DNA of 64,000 nucleotides from Candidatus Kaiserbacteria bacterium (GCA_031430855.1 JANPCG010000010.1:35714-99713), one strand, 5' to 3'. Shown: positions 37,677 through 49,177, counted from the first letter of the stretch. Notes: generated from the sequence alone by a model not told the origin. A program made the numbers and translations.

Positions 37677-38924
37677 ATGAGTAAACCTGTCAGTTTTAAA
37701 ATCGAAGCCAAAGGTAAAGGTAACCTCGCGCGAGCCGGGGTAATTTCGACGCCTCATGGCGACATACAAACTCCAGCGTATGTTGTTGTCGGTACCAAAG
37801 CGAGCGTAAAAAGTCTTATGCCCGAAGATCTTACACAATATGTCGGCAATCAAGTTACCTTAGCGAATACCTACCACCTCTTCTTGCAGCCAGGACATGA
37901 GACCATAAAGGCTGCCGGGGGATTGCATCAATTTGCCCAGTGGCAGATGCCAACCATGACTGACTCGGGTGGATTTCAAGTCTTTAGTCTCGGTGCTGCT
38001 TTTGGTAAAGGTGTTACGAAATTTGCAAAGGGTGAAGTTGATAATGAAACAGCAGTTCCAGCTAAAGCTGGTTTAAATGTCTATAGTCAAAAATTTGCTG
38101 AAGACCATGGCAAGCTCTGTATCATTGATGAAGAAGGAGTGACTTTCACCTCACATATAGATGGTTCAATGCACCGCTTTACCGCTGAACGCTCGATTGA
38201 TATCCAGCATGCTATTGGGGCCGATATTATTATTGCATTTGATGAATGTACCAGTCCAACCGCTGATCGTGACTATCAAAAAGAAGCTATGGACAGAACC
38301 CATCGCTGGGCAAAACGAAGTATTTTAGCCCATAAACAAAACTATGAGGCCCTCAAGAAACAAGGTCTCTATGGCGTAATTCAGGGTGGACAATTTCTTG
38401 ATTTACGACAGGAAAGTGCGCGCGCACTTTCTGATATGGATTTTGATGGCTTTGGTATTGGTGGAAGTTTTTCAAAAGACGATCTGGGTGATAGTTTACG
38501 AGTCGTAAACGAAATCCTGCCCGAAGATAAACCAAGGCACTTACTTGGAATTGGGGAGCCGGAGGATATTGTTGAAGGTGTCCTCATGGGGTGCGACACC
38601 TTTGACTGTGTTGCCGCCACGCGGATTGGACGCACGGGGACAATTTATGTCATGACAGGCGAATTTAAAACTACTCCCTGTGGTACCTTTACCTACCCTG
38701 TTTCTAAAAAAATAAATTTAAATAACCAAAAGTACAAAACGGATCATACCGTACTAGACCCTCTTTCTCTTGGATACGTGGCTCAAAAGTACACGAAGGC
38801 CTATGTTGCACACCTCTTTCGGGCTGGTGAAATCTTAGGTCCTCATCTGGCCTCAATTCACAACCTTAATTTCATCGTAAATTTCACCAAAAACCTCCGC
38901 GACCAACTCCTCAAGAATCAGTAA
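37677..38924 (+). CDS. tgt: tRNA-guanine transglycosylase
   Basis: ARAG...TPHG...TP, LANTYHL, TDSGGFQVFSL, FDEC, KPRHLLGIG, DTFDC, IHNL. Confidence 0.95.
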   Translation: MSKPVSFKIEAKGKGNLARAGVISTPHGDIQTPAYVVVGTKASVKSLMPEDLTQYVGNQVTLANTYHLFLQPGHETIKAAGGLHQFAQWQMPTMTDSGGFQVFSLGAAFGKGVTKFAKGEVDNETAVPAKAGLNVYSQKFAEDHGKLCIIDEEGVTFTSHIDGSMHRFTAERSIDIQHAIGADIIIAFDECTSPTADRDYQKEAMDRTHRWAKRSILAHKQNYEALKKQGLYGVIQGGQFLDLRQESARALSDMDFDGFGIGGSFSKDDLGDSLRVVNEILPEDKPRHLLGIGEPEDIVEGVLMGCDTFDCVAATRIGRTGTIYVMTGEFKTTPCGTFTYPVSKKINLNNQKYKTDHTVLDPLSLGYVAQKYTKAYVAHLFRAGEILGPHLASIHNLNFIVNFTKNLRDQLLKNQ

Positions 38925-38944
38925 ACTTAAATACGCTCCTGCTC

Positions 38945-38969
38945 AAGTAGGAGGTCCTGCCTCCTACTT
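38945..38969. repeat. REP-like palindrome
   Basis: aagtaggagg-tcctg-cctcctactt, with GTAG foot. Confidence 0.75.
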
Positions 38970-39017
38970 CTCATTTCTTTTATTATATCAACTACTTCCA
39001 GCATATTTTCCTCACTA

Positions 39018-39043
39018 AAGGAGGAGGCAAGACCTCTTACTAG
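39018..39043. repeat. Degenerate REP-like palindrome (opposite orientation)
   Basis: aaggaggaggcaagacctcttactag. Confidence 0.6.
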
Positions 39044-39555
39044 CTCATCTCTATAGTTTATGCTGGCGCGGTAAAGATTTTTGTCATCTATATATTATGA
39101 ACTATATTGTTAAATCCTACATACGCTAGTATGTGCTTTAGATATTCATCAGAATCAATATGATTAGCTTTAAATTTCCCTTGAAATAATACTCCTGATC
39201 TTTCATATTTTTGATTAAAATACATGGTATAGCCACCAGCAATTCTTTGCATATATTTAGACAGTCCGCCATCAACATCGTTACATCGTAAAACTAAATG
39301 ATAGTGATTGGGCAGTAAACAATATGCCAAAATTGTGACAGGGGGATTTACTTGCGGTTTATTTGTTAGTAGTTTTAAGCCCCCGACTACTTCGCTACTA
39401 TTAAAATGTCTGAGCATCTTTAAAAAATATACATAGTCTTGCTGATCTTCAAAAATAGTACGTTTATCAACACTTCGATTGAAGCAGTGAAAAATTTCAC
39501 CCGGTGCAAATGAAATGGGGCGAATGGACATAACAAATTATACAACACTTTTTTG

Positions 39556-39580
39556 AAGTATGAGGCAGGACCTCCTTATT
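39556..39580. repeat. REP-like palindrome upstream of the RAYT
   Basis: aagtatgaggcaggacctccttatt. Confidence 0.7.
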
Positions 39581-39643
39581 TAGGGGTGGATTATTTGGCT
39601 TTGACTTTATATATTAGACTAGGCGGGGTATACTCATTATTCA

Positions 39644-41785
39644 ATGCAATTCGAAATTTCGACAGATAAGACCCCCGCGGGTGATCAGCCAAAGGCCATT
39701 GAATCCCTTGTTCATGGTGTGCGTGCTGGTGTAAAACACCAGACCTTATTAGGGGTAACAGGATCTGGGAAAACCTTTACTGGGGCTAATGTCATACAGC
39801 AGATTCAAAAGCCAACCCTTGTGATTGCGCATAATAAGACCCTGGCGGCCCAGTTAGCCCAGGAATACCGAGATTTCTTTCCCAATAATGCCGTGCATTA
39901 CTTTGTCTCGTACTACGACTACTACCAGCCAGAAGCATACATGCCAACCTCAGACACTTTTATTGAAAAAGAGGCACAAATTAATGAAGAGATTGATCGG
40001 CTTCGACATGCATCAACCCAGGCCCTGCTCTCACGGCAAGACGTTATTATTGTAGCGTCGGTATCGTGTATTTATGGTTTAGGTTCGCCAAAAGAGTATT
40101 TAAAACGACACTTACAAATTGAAAAAGGTTTTGAGACGACTCGTATGGAGTTTGTGCGGACCCTAATCGACATGTATTTTGAAAGAACGAACGCTGATTT
40201 AAATCCTGGTCAATTTAGAGCTGTCGGTAATATGGTTGAGGTAATGCCAACCAATGAACGAAGTATTTATCGAATCGCTTTTACGGGAAATGTGGTAACC
40301 GCAATTACTAAAATCGATGGTATCACCCGCTCAATTATAGAAGAACCAGAGACTTTTTTCCTATTCCCGGCGAAACACTTTGTATCACCTGAAGACGAAC
40401 GGAAGGTAGCCTATGAAGACATTAAGCTCGAGCTTGAAATGCAGCTTGAAAAATTCAAAAAGGAGGGGAAGCTCCTCGAAGCTGAGCGTATTAAGCGTCG
40501 GACGCAACACGACCTCGCTCTTATCCGCGAAGTTGGCTATTGTAACGGGATTGAGAATTACTCCCGCCACTTTGATCGACGTAAATCAGGTGAAGCACCA
40601 TTTACATTGCTGTCATACTTTCCCCACACTCCGGAGGGGAAGCCCGACTTCCTGACTATCATTGATGAATCACATGTAACAATTCCTCAACTCAATGGTA
40701 TGTATGCTGGCGATCGCTCGCGTAAAGATACATTGGTCGAATTCGGCTTTCGTTTACCGTCGGCGGTTGATAACAGGCCGTTAAAATTCGCAGAATTTGA
40801 TGAACGTATCGGGCTGCGGATATATACATCAGCCACACCAGGACATTATGAATTTGAGCATTCTTGTCCTCAGGCGACGCCAAAGACCACTGGTGCAGGG
40901 GAAACGAAAATGCCTCACGCTGATTGGGTAAAGGGTTTTGATTTAAAGGTCTGTCTAGAGTCGGGAGCTGTGGTTGAGCAAATCATTCGTCCGACTGGTC
41001 TTGTAGATCCTGAAATTGATCTCCGAAAAGTGACTCAAGTTGGTGAGTATCCTGGACAAATTAAAGACTTTATTGCTGAAGCAGAACGGGTAATCGCAGG
41101 TGGAGGACGCGTCCTTACAACTACATTAACCAAGAAAATGGCTGAGGATTTAGCTGAATTTCTCACGGAGAGAAAAATTAATACCAAATATATTCATAGC
41201 GATATAAAAACAATTGAACGCATTGAAATTTTGACTGATTTCAGACGAGGCAAATTTGATTGTTTAGTTGGCGTTAACCTGCTTCGTGAAGGACTCGATC
41301 TCCCAGAAGTAGAACTGGTTGCAATCCTTGATGCTGATAAGGCTGGTTTTTTGCGCAGCGAGACAGCGCTTATTCAAACTATTGGTCGCGCCGCCAGAAA
41401 TGTCTTAGGACGAGTAATACTGTATGCGGACGAAATAACTGACGCTCTCACTTATGCAATTAATGAAACAAATCGAAGGCGTGCTATTCAAGTTTTGCAT
41501 AATACAAAACATGGAATAACTCCAACAACGATTGCTAAAGAAATTAAATCAATTGCCGATCAAATGCGGACTGAACACGACGAAACAGTTGAGACGTTGC
41601 TGCGGGTCGATATTGAACTCTTTAAACGAAATCCAATAAAAGTCCTCAAGGAAAAACGACAACAAATGGAAGAGGCCGTAGCAATTCTCGATTTTGAAAC
41701 AGCAGCTATTATCCGTGATGAAATTGCCTACCTAGAGACAGCGGGGAGTGGCAAAAAAACACCAAAGAAGAAAGGAATCATCTAG
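39644..41785 (+). CDS. uvrB: Excinuclease ABC subunit B
   Basis: LLGVTGSGKT, FVSYYDYYQPEAY, DESH, GFRLPSA.DNRPL, QTIGRAARN, C-terminal UVR domain. Confidence 0.97.
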   Translation: MQFEISTDKTPAGDQPKAIESLVHGVRAGVKHQTLLGVTGSGKTFTGANVIQQIQKPTLVIAHNKTLAAQLAQEYRDFFPNNAVHYFVSYYDYYQPEAYMPTSDTFIEKEAQINEEIDRLRHASTQALLSRQDVIIVASVSCIYGLGSPKEYLKRHLQIEKGFETTRMEFVRTLIDMYFERTNADLNPGQFRAVGNMVEVMPTNERSIYRIAFTGNVVTAITKIDGITRSIIEEPETFFLFPAKHFVSPEDERKVAYEDIKLELEMQLEKFKKEGKLLEAERIKRRTQHDLALIREVGYCNGIENYSRHFDRRKSGEAPFTLLSYFPHTPEGKPDFLTIIDESHVTIPQLNGMYAGDRSRKDTLVEFGFRLPSAVDNRPLKFAEFDERIGLRIYTSATPGHYEFEHSCPQATPKTTGAGETKMPHADWVKGFDLKVCLESGAVVEQIIRPTGLVDPEIDLRKVTQVGEYPGQIKDFIAEAERVIAGGGRVLTTTLTKKMAEDLAEFLTERKINTKYIHSDIKTIERIEILTDFRRGKFDCLVGVNLLREGLDLPEVELVAILDADKAGFLRSETALIQTIGRAARNVLGRVILYADEITDALTYAINETNRRRAIQVLHNTKHGITPTTIAKEIKSIADQMRTEHDETVETLLRVDIELFKRNPIKVLKEKRQQMEEAVAILDFETAAIIRDEIAYLETAGSGKKTPKKKGII

Positions 41786-41834
41786 TCCCAACCGGTTGTG
41801 TCAATAGCGAGAATTATTTTGTATACTGAAAAGT

Positions 41835-42215
41835 ATGACTTCAGTAATTATCGTTGAAGATGATCCTTTTATCCGTGATATAACGACACTTAAATGTAGT
41901 GAACACGGCTATGCGGTAACCGTATGCACGAGCGGAGAAGAAACGCTCTCTGCTTTTGATCGTATGCCCTTCGACGTTGTAATACTTGACCTTGATTTGC
42001 CTGATATGTCAGGCATCGCACTCCTTAAGGATATTAAGGCACATAAAAACGGAGGGGAAACTGACGTTATCGTATTTTCTAATAGCACTGATCTGACTAA
42101 AAAAGTTGAAGTTACTAAACTTGGGATGTTAGGGTATTTTGAAAAATCATCAGCAGAATATGAGGAATTATTTGCTCTGGTTGATTCAGCTATGCTTTAC
42201 CACACAAATGAGTAA
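41835..42215 (+). CDS. Single-domain response regulator
   Basis: IIVEDD, LDLDLPDMSG, FSN, K. Confidence 0.88.
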   Translation: MTSVIIVEDDPFIRDITTLKCSEHGYAVTVCTSGEETLSAFDRMPFDVVILDLDLPDMSGIALLKDIKAHKNGGETDVIVFSNSTDLTKKVEVTKLGMLGYFEKSSAEYEELFALVDSAMLYHTNE

Positions 42216-42270
42216 AAAGAATGTGTTGAAAATTAAAGGTACCACTTCACTATCGTAGTATACTAAACAG

Positions 42271-44904
42271 ATGCTAACGACTAAAAAAGTCGCTCCTCCC
42301 GTAGTTGCGGTAAAACCTGCAAAGACGGTAAAGAAACGTACCTCAAAGGTATTATCTTCTTCAGAGTTTATGCCACTTTTACGGACGAAAGAATCAATTA
42401 AAAAACCTATACGAAAAACAAAAGAACCACGATTAACAACTGAGACGCGTAATTTAAAGAGCAAAAAAATTCCTTCAGGAGTGCAAAAACATATAATTCT
42501 TAGTGACTCGGAACGGTCACAGCTACAGCCACGCGGTAGTCAAATGGTTAGGTATTTGATTGCGCTTCCAAGAATTTCGCTTTCTCCTACATCGGTACAG
42601 ATTGTAAGTGTTACCAGTCGTAGTATTGGTGTTGCTATTGCATGTGTCGGTATAGCGTACTCACTCTTCGGTTCACTTATTGGAGTAAGTGCTCTTACAC
42701 AAACAGCGCAGGTTATAAACTATGCGACTTCTACTATACAAAATATTGATTGTACTCTTGCTATCAATTTCAGTAACCTAGAGTGTCAGGGAGCCATAAA
42801 CACTAAACCAGTGCCAACTATTACTATTGCCGACGGTGGAGCCACATTATCAGGTATTGTACCCGTAAGGGTCGCCGTTGATCATGCGGAGATTGTTCGC
42901 ATGCGACTAGTGACCCTAGATGGACAGATCGCTTCAACCTGGCTAGGTACCGTATTTAATCAAAGCACCAATGACTGGCAGCGTAAGATTGACACGTCTG
43001 CCTATCCTAATGGTCAATATCGTCTCCTCGTATATGTAAGTAATACTTATGGCGGGTACGAAACATTTGGTCAAACAACCTACTCATTTATAAACTCAGC
43101 AACTATTCTGCCGACCTCAACCACTACCGCGTCATCGTCTACAACGGGTACAGCACCAATTCAAACCACTGACACTATTACTATCAATAGTGTCACGACA
43201 AATGTCACTGAGTCCACTAACAGTTTTATTTTTACCATAATGGTTTCACCGGTAGAAAAAGTAATACTTTCTGCTGTACACACTGAAACGGGAAAAATGT
43301 ACACTATTGGTGATGCTAAAGAAATAGATTCCGGACAATGGCGTCGGATGTGGGACACTGGCTCACTTCCGTTTGGTCAATATAGACTTAAAGTACGAGC
43401 TATTAGTGACACAAACTCAAAAACCATAGATTCAATTTTAGTAAAGAAAGTTGAGTCTGTTGTTACTGTAGATACAAATCCTGTTGACGTAATACCACTT
43501 GTACTGAAGCCTCCCGTCTCAATTTCAGTACTGGCTGCATCACCACTTCGCAGCATGGTTGGAATTTCTATCGATGTAGCGCATGCAAGTTCAGTAGAAT
43601 TAGCCCTTCAGCCAAAAAGTGCACTCCGCTATAGTCAGCTTGGTCGAGCGGTGAGAAGTGGGATAAGTACCTGGGTGTACCGTTTTGATACCACCATGGT
43701 GCCTGACGGTGAATATAATCTTAAAGCATTTGTCAAAAATCAGTATGGTGAATATGAGACTATCAAAACAGGTATCATTGTTAAAAACTTCGTTGAAAAG
43801 GTGCTCACTGAGACAGAGACTGAGGAAGTAAAAGTACTTGAATCAATCGCTTCAAAAGTTATTAGTGCACCAATTGTTACGAATTCTTCAGCGACAGTAG
43901 CTGTATCAGAACCGATAGTACCTCTTACGGTAAATAATATAGAACCTACTGATGCCCGCGTTGAATCTCCACTCGTCTCACCACTTGATCAGATACAACA
44001 GTCTGAGTTACAACAAACTCTCGATAGGCTTTCTGTCGCTATCAGAATGTCAGATGAGTCAGAAGTGGCTCGTATTACAGGAGAGATTGCCCTCTATAAA
44101 GAGAAAATTCAAGATGTAGCCAGTGAGAGAGCACTAATCGAAACATACATCGCAAACATTATTAAAGAAACTGAAGAGAAAGTCGCACGAACAAACACCA
44201 TCATCGAGGAGCGAACCAAACAAAAAGCAGCTCAAGATTCCGACCAAGACAAAGTGTCAGACTATGACGAAGTTAATATTTATGCTACTAACCCCTTCTT
44301 GGCTGATAGTGACAACGATGGTTTCATTGATGGAGTGGAAATTCTCCGTGGCTACGATCCTACAAATTCAAAACCAGAAACTCTTGTTCAATTTGAATCT
44401 CCAAAAGAATCTGGTGTGGTTCGGGAAGACATTTTAAAAATTAAGTCTATAACTACAGCGCCAGCACTTAGTGAAATTGAAACGTCTCCTAAAGAAGCCG
44501 CCGTAATTTCAGGTGTCGCTCTCCCAAATAGTTTTATCACCTTATTTATTTATAGTACGCCAATTATTGTTACCATAAGAACTGATACTGATGGTAGCTG
44601 GAACTATCGTCTCGATAAAGAATTAGAAGACGGTGAACACGAAATGTACATTGGAGTTACCGATAACGCCGGAAAAATTGTTGCAAAGAGTTCATCCTTT
44701 GCATTCATCAAGCGAGCTGAAGCTTTTACGGGCGTTGTTGTTGATACACCAGCAACGGTTACTAGTGACGAAGATTCAAGTCTGCTTTCAGAATATGTTG
44801 TATATCTTGTCTTAGGTATTTCAACTTTAGCAATTGGCCTAATACTTATGATGCTTGGACTGCAACTACAAGCCAGAAAGACTGAGGTAATTGTAGCAGA
44901 ATAA
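42271..44904 (+). CDS. Membrane-anchored surface protein with Ig-like domains and TSP3-like Ca-binding motifs
   Basis: Basic N-tail, TM, three DT..YP/LP/VP.G.Y.L repeats, DSDQDKVSDYDE...DSDNDGFIDGVE...DP, C-terminal TM. Confidence 0.8.
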   Translation: MLTTKKVAPPVVAVKPAKTVKKRTSKVLSSSEFMPLLRTKESIKKPIRKTKEPRLTTETRNLKSKKIPSGVQKHIILSDSERSQLQPRGSQMVRYLIALPRISLSPTSVQIVSVTSRSIGVAIACVGIAYSLFGSLIGVSALTQTAQVINYATSTIQNIDCTLAINFSNLECQGAINTKPVPTITIADGGATLSGIVPVRVAVDHAEIVRMRLVTLDGQIASTWLGTVFNQSTNDWQRKIDTSAYPNGQYRLLVYVSNTYGGYETFGQTTYSFINSATILPTSTTTASSSTTGTAPIQTTDTITINSVTTNVTESTNSFIFTIMVSPVEKVILSAVHTETGKMYTIGDAKEIDSGQWRRMWDTGSLPFGQYRLKVRAISDTNSKTIDSILVKKVESVVTVDTNPVDVIPLVLKPPVSISVLAASPLRSMVGISIDVAHASSVELALQPKSALRYSQLGRAVRSGISTWVYRFDTTMVPDGEYNLKAFVKNQYGEYETIKTGIIVKNFVEKVLTETETEEVKVLESIASKVISAPIVTNSSATVAVSEPIVPLTVNNIEPTDARVESPLVSPLDQIQQSELQQTLDRLSVAIRMSDESEVARITGEIALYKEKIQDVASERALIETYIANIIKETEEKVARTNTIIEERTKQKAAQDSDQDKVSDYDEVNIYATNPFLADSDNDGFIDGVEILRGYDPTNSKPETLVQFESPKESGVVREDILKIKSITTAPALSEIETSPKEAAVISGVALPNSFITLFIYSTPIIVTIRTDTDGSWNYRLDKELEDGEHEMYIGVTDNAGKIVAKSSSFAFIKRAEAFTGVVVDTPATVTSDEDSSLLSEYVVYLVLGISTLAIGLILMMLGLQLQARKTEVIVAE

Positions 44905-44920
44905 AGCGTTCACACTTCCC

Positions 44921-46261
44921 ATGCAACAGAAATCAAAAAAATCTCTACTGCAAGGTTTGATGTATTTAAAGCAACATCCACAAATTATCTTTGCATTGAT
45001 GTTGCTTTTTGTTATTCCACTTTTATTTTTATACACGGGACAACAATTTCTGGAAGTCGGTAAATATAACCAAGACCGCCTCCAGAAAGACAAGGTAGGA
45101 ATAATGCATGACGTCATTGTTTCCCTTACTGCAGCTACAAATATCAATGTCGACTTATTCGAAGCAGAAATGGATAAGCTTGTCGCACAAAACCCAGATA
45201 TTGTTGACTATAAACTGTTACAAGCAACGCCAGAAGGAATTGTGACCCTCAGTTCATTTAAAGAAAGTGAGAAAGGTAAAAAAGAAGAAAATACTGAACC
45301 CTATAGCAGTGCGGCGTTGCTTCCTAATGAGTCCATTATTTTTGAAGCAACAGAATATAATGTCCGTTTTTGGTATAGCTACCGTTCATTTACTGATAGC
45401 GTTGGTGGTCAATATTTTTTGTATACAAAATCTTCTCTCCAGGCAATCGATCAACTTTTTGCGACCCGTGAATTCGATGCCTATATACGTCTTATATTTA
45501 TTTATCTATTTCTTTTAATTCTTGCAATTTGGCATATTAAATTAACTGACTACCGATATCTCTATAATGAAGCTAGAAAAGCGATTGAAACAAAAGACCT
45601 GTTTACTCATATGATAGCCCACGAATTACGAGCCCCACTAACAGCAATTCGTGGCTATGCGAGTTTACTTAAAGACAAGATCGAAGATGTAACACTCCAT
45701 GAACAAGTCAGCCGGATTGAAACCTCATCGGAACGACTTATAACAATTGTAAATGACTTGCTTGATATAGCGCGAATCCAATCAGGAAAGCTTGAAGTTA
45801 AAGTTGAAAACGTAAACCTCAACACAGTAATAAATCAAATTGTTTCTGAATTTAGAAGTACCGCTGAAAGTAAAGGTTGTGTACTCCTCTGGAAGGAAAC
45901 TGCTACTGACCTGACTATTTCAGCTGATAAAATGCGTACTGAACAAATTATTACCAATATACTCAGTAACGCAATCAAATATACCGATAAAGGTACCGTA
46001 ACGGTACTAACCGAAATTCATCGTTCAACGGTTGAAGTACGAATCAAAGATACGGGACAAGGAATCGGATCTGATGATCAAAAGAAGCTCTTTGCACCAT
46101 TTTTCCGTACCCAATCTGCTGAAACGGGAGGAGTTACCGGAACAGGACTTGGAATGTGGATCACCAAACAACTCATTGAATTGATGGGTGGATCTATCGG
46201 AGTAGAATCAATTCAAGGTGTCGGAACTCAAATTGTCATTATATTCCCCAAAGCGATCTGA
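44921..46261 (+). CDS. Membrane sensor histidine kinase
   Basis: 2 TMs, AHELRAPL, NILSNAIKYT, DTGQGI, GTGLG. Confidence 0.93.
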   Translation: MQQKSKKSLLQGLMYLKQHPQIIFALMLLFVIPLLFLYTGQQFLEVGKYNQDRLQKDKVGIMHDVIVSLTAATNINVDLFEAEMDKLVAQNPDIVDYKLLQATPEGIVTLSSFKESEKGKKEENTEPYSSAALLPNESIIFEATEYNVRFWYSYRSFTDSVGGQYFLYTKSSLQAIDQLFATREFDAYIRLIFIYLFLLILAIWHIKLTDYRYLYNEARKAIETKDLFTHMIAHELRAPLTAIRGYASLLKDKIEDVTLHEQVSRIETSSERLITIVNDLLDIARIQSGKLEVKVENVNLNTVINQIVSEFRSTAESKGCVLLWKETATDLTISADKMRTEQIITNILSNAIKYTDKGTVTVLTEIHRSTVEVRIKDTGQGIGSDDQKKLFAPFFRTQSAETGGVTGTGLGMWITKQLIELMGGSIGVESIQGVGTQIVIIFPKAI

Positions 46262-46347
46262 CCCATACAGTATCAATTTTGAATCTTTCTTAAAACCAGG
46301 TATAATCTCCACATGATACCGCTACCGCCAGGCAGCGGCGTATATGT

Positions 46348-48999
46348 ATGGCAAAAATTCCCGAGCGAAAACTAAATACTGACCGTAGTCAGGCAAAACT
46401 AAGCGAGCGCGAAAACAAGATTATTGTTCGTGGTGCTCGGACGCACAATCTAAAGAATATTACGGTTGAAATGCCACGTGGTAAGTTAATAGCCATTACT
46501 GGTCCATCTGGTTCAGGTAAGTCATCCCTTGCTTTTGATACGATTTTTGCTGAAGGGCAACGACGCTATGTTGAGTCGCTCTCTCCTTACGCACGACAAT
46601 TCCTTAATAAAATGCAAAAGCCTGACGTTGATGAAATTTCTGGCCTCAGTCCAGCGATTTCAATTGATCAAAAGTCAGCTTCACGTAACCCTCGGTCTAC
46701 CGTTGCTACTATTACTGAAATCTATGATTATCTGCGCATCCTCTATGCTCGGGTAGGACAACCGTACTGTCTTGATGTTGATGTCCCAATTCAGAAATTA
46801 TCACAAGATGAAATCCTTGGAATCATTCTTAAATCAATCGAGAGCAAAGATGTACTCGCGGCAACAAAAAAAGAAGCTAATACGGTATTAGGAATTGAAG
46901 TTTCTAAAGGTCGAATATCAATCTTTGCACCAGTTGTTGTTGGTCGTAAAGGTGAATACTATCAATTGCTCTATGACCTTCTTGGTAAAGGGTTTGAAAC
47001 AGTAAAAATTGATGGGGAGATTAAACAACTCCGTGAAAAAATCATTCTCACCAAAACAAAACGTCATGACATTGATGTATTGATTGATGAAATTTATGTA
47101 TCAGAATTTACTGACGACCCTAAAGGCTCACACGAACGTCTTTCTGAGGCGGTTGAAATTGCACTCAGTGTTGCTAGTGGTTTAGTTAAAATTGAAAGCC
47201 CAGGTGGGGAAGTCCGTACACTCTCGGCAAAATTTATTTGTCCGGTTGACGGTTCGTCTTTTCCCGAGGTTGAACCAAGACTTTTTTCATTTAACTCACC
47301 GTATGGTGCTTGTCCTGAATGTAATGGGCTCGGTGTAATCGGAATTTTCCAAAGTGATGTCTGTCCAAAATGTGAAGGGGCACGCTTGCGTCCAGAAGCT
47401 ATGCGCGTATATCTCGGCGGTGATGGAAAAAAGAACCTTGGTACTAATATCGTTGGATTCACTGCGATGACAGTCAAAGAGGCAACTACCTTTATTGACC
47501 AGCTCGAATTATCCAAAAAACAACACGAGGTTGCCTGGCCGGCATTACGAGAGATTATTGATCGACTCGAGTTTATGAATAATGTTGGTATTGAATACCT
47601 TACACTCGACCGTCGTGCCAACACCCTCTCAGGTGGCGAAGCCCAGCGGATTCGACTAGCCTCACAATTAGGCTCGGGCTTGGTAGGGGCTCTCTATGTA
47701 CTTGATGAACCTACGATTGGACTCCATCAACGAGACAATGATCGATTAATTAAAACACTGACGGAACTACGTGATCTTGGAAATACTATCCTTGTCGTCG
47801 AGCATGACGAGGATACTATTTACGCAGCTGATTACCTCGTAGACATCGGACCGGGAGCCGGGATTCATGGTGGTGAGGTCGTGGTGTCGGGTTATCTTGA
47901 GGAACTGCTCAGTGCCAAAACGAATCCGTCAGGCTCGGTGACACTTGACTATCTCCGTGGTTCAAAAAAAATTGCTGTGCCCGAACGTCGTACTGGCGAA
48001 AAAGGACACCTCCGCATAAAAGGTGGCAAAGCGTTTAACATAAAAAATCTTAATATCGACATCCCCCTCGGACGATTAATTTGTGTTACTGGTGTATCTG
48101 GGTCGGGCAAATCAACGTTTATGTACGAGATTGTTGACCGCAATCTTAAAGGACGGCTCGAGAAAAAATTTCGTACAGCCAAGACCTACAATTGTGCTGA
48201 ATTTACGGGTACCGAGTACCTTGGTCGCTCAATCCTCATTGATCAGTCACCAATTGGACGAACTCCACGAAGTAACCCCGCTACCTATACCGGCGCCTTC
48301 TCGCATATACGCGACATGTTTGCTGCCAGTAGTGAAGCCCGGGCACGTGGCTGGAAGCCTGGACGATTTTCATTCAATGTGAAAGGAGGGCGATGTGAAG
48401 CTTGTCAGGGAAATGGCGTAATTGCTGTTGAAATGCACTTTTTACCAACCGTGTTTGTGGAGTGTGACGTCTGTGAAGGAAAACGATTCACCAAAGAAAC
48501 TCTCGAAGTAATGTACCGTAAGAAAAACATTCACCAGGTGCTTGAAATGACCATTGAAGAGGCGTACAAGTTTTTTACCGATGTTCCTTCAATTGAAGAG
48601 CGCTTGAAATCTCTTCTCGATGTGGGACTCTCCTACCTCAAGCTCGGTCAAAGTGCGACGACTCTCTCTGGCGGGGAAGCGCAACGGGTTAAAATTGCGT
48701 CTGAGTTATATCGACCACATACCCAAAAGACCATCTATCTCCTCGATGAACCAACCATTGGCCTCCATTATGAAGATGTTAAAAAGTTAATCGAAATTCT
48801 GCAGCAATTAGTAAATCAAGGAAACACTGTCATGGTGATTGAACACAGTCTTGATGTCATCAAGTCGGCTGACTACGTGATTGATATTGGCCCAGAAGGT
48901 GGCGCGGGTGGCGGAAATATCGTTGCTAAAGGCACCCCTGAAGAAGTCGCCGAAAATCCGAAGTCTTACACCGGTGCATACCTTAAAAAGGTTTTATAA
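46348..48999 (+). CDS. uvrA: Excinuclease ABC subunit A
   Basis: [31 protein letters not shown] twice, FSFN..GGRCEAC. Confidence 0.97.
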   Translation: MAKIPERKLNTDRSQAKLSERENKIIVRGARTHNLKNITVEMPRGKLIAITGPSGSGKSSLAFDTIFAEGQRRYVESLSPYARQFLNKMQKPDVDEISGLSPAISIDQKSASRNPRSTVATITEIYDYLRILYARVGQPYCLDVDVPIQKLSQDEILGIILKSIESKDVLAATKKEANTVLGIEVSKGRISIFAPVVVGRKGEYYQLLYDLLGKGFETVKIDGEIKQLREKIILTKTKRHDIDVLIDEIYVSEFTDDPKGSHERLSEAVEIALSVASGLVKIESPGGEVRTLSAKFICPVDGSSFPEVEPRLFSFNSPYGACPECNGLGVIGIFQSDVCPKCEGARLRPEAMRVYLGGDGKKNLGTNIVGFTAMTVKEATTFIDQLELSKKQHEVAWPALREIIDRLEFMNNVGIEYLTLDRRANTLSGGEAQRIRLASQLGSGLVGALYVLDEPTIGLHQRDNDRLIKTLTELRDLGNTILVVEHDEDTIYAADYLVDIGPGAGIHGGEVVVSGYLEELLSAKTNPSGSVTLDYLRGSKKIAVPERRTGEKGHLRIKGGKAFNIKNLNIDIPLGRLICVTGVSGSGKSTFMYEIVDRNLKGRLEKKFRTAKTYNCAEFTGTEYLGRSILIDQSPIGRTPRSNPATYTGAFSHIRDMFAASSEARARGWKPGRFSFNVKGGRCEACQGNGVIAVEMHFLPTVFVECDVCEGKRFTKETLEVMYRKKNIHQVLEMTIEEAYKFFTDVPSIEERLKSLLDVGLSYLKLGQSATTLSGGEAQRVKIASELYRPHTQKTIYLLDEPTIGLHYEDVKKLIEILQQLVNQGNTVMVIEHSLDVIKSADYVIDIGPEGGAGGGNIVAKGTPEEVAENPKSYTGAYLKKVL

Positions 49000-49177
49000 A
49001 CTATTCCAATCTACAAAGATCCGGCCTTCTAGCTTGAAAAATGACCGTTCTTACTCAGGATGCAAAAGGTCGGTCCTGATTAATACTGTTAGTTAAACAC
49101 ACACGGTTCAGGCAAACGGAGTATCTGAGGAGTATTATTACGCTTAGGATAGAGTTCATTCCTCGGAGGGGCAGACG

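Larger units (their letters stand above)
38927..39531 (-). mobile_element. REP-associated tyrosine (HUH/Y1) transposase, apparently frameshifted at ~39090
   Basis: FHCFNRS, AYCLLPNHYHL, YFNQKYERSGVLFQGKF. ORF stops at 39088 but a shifted frame continues ~54 codons to TAA at 38927. Confidence 0.8.
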
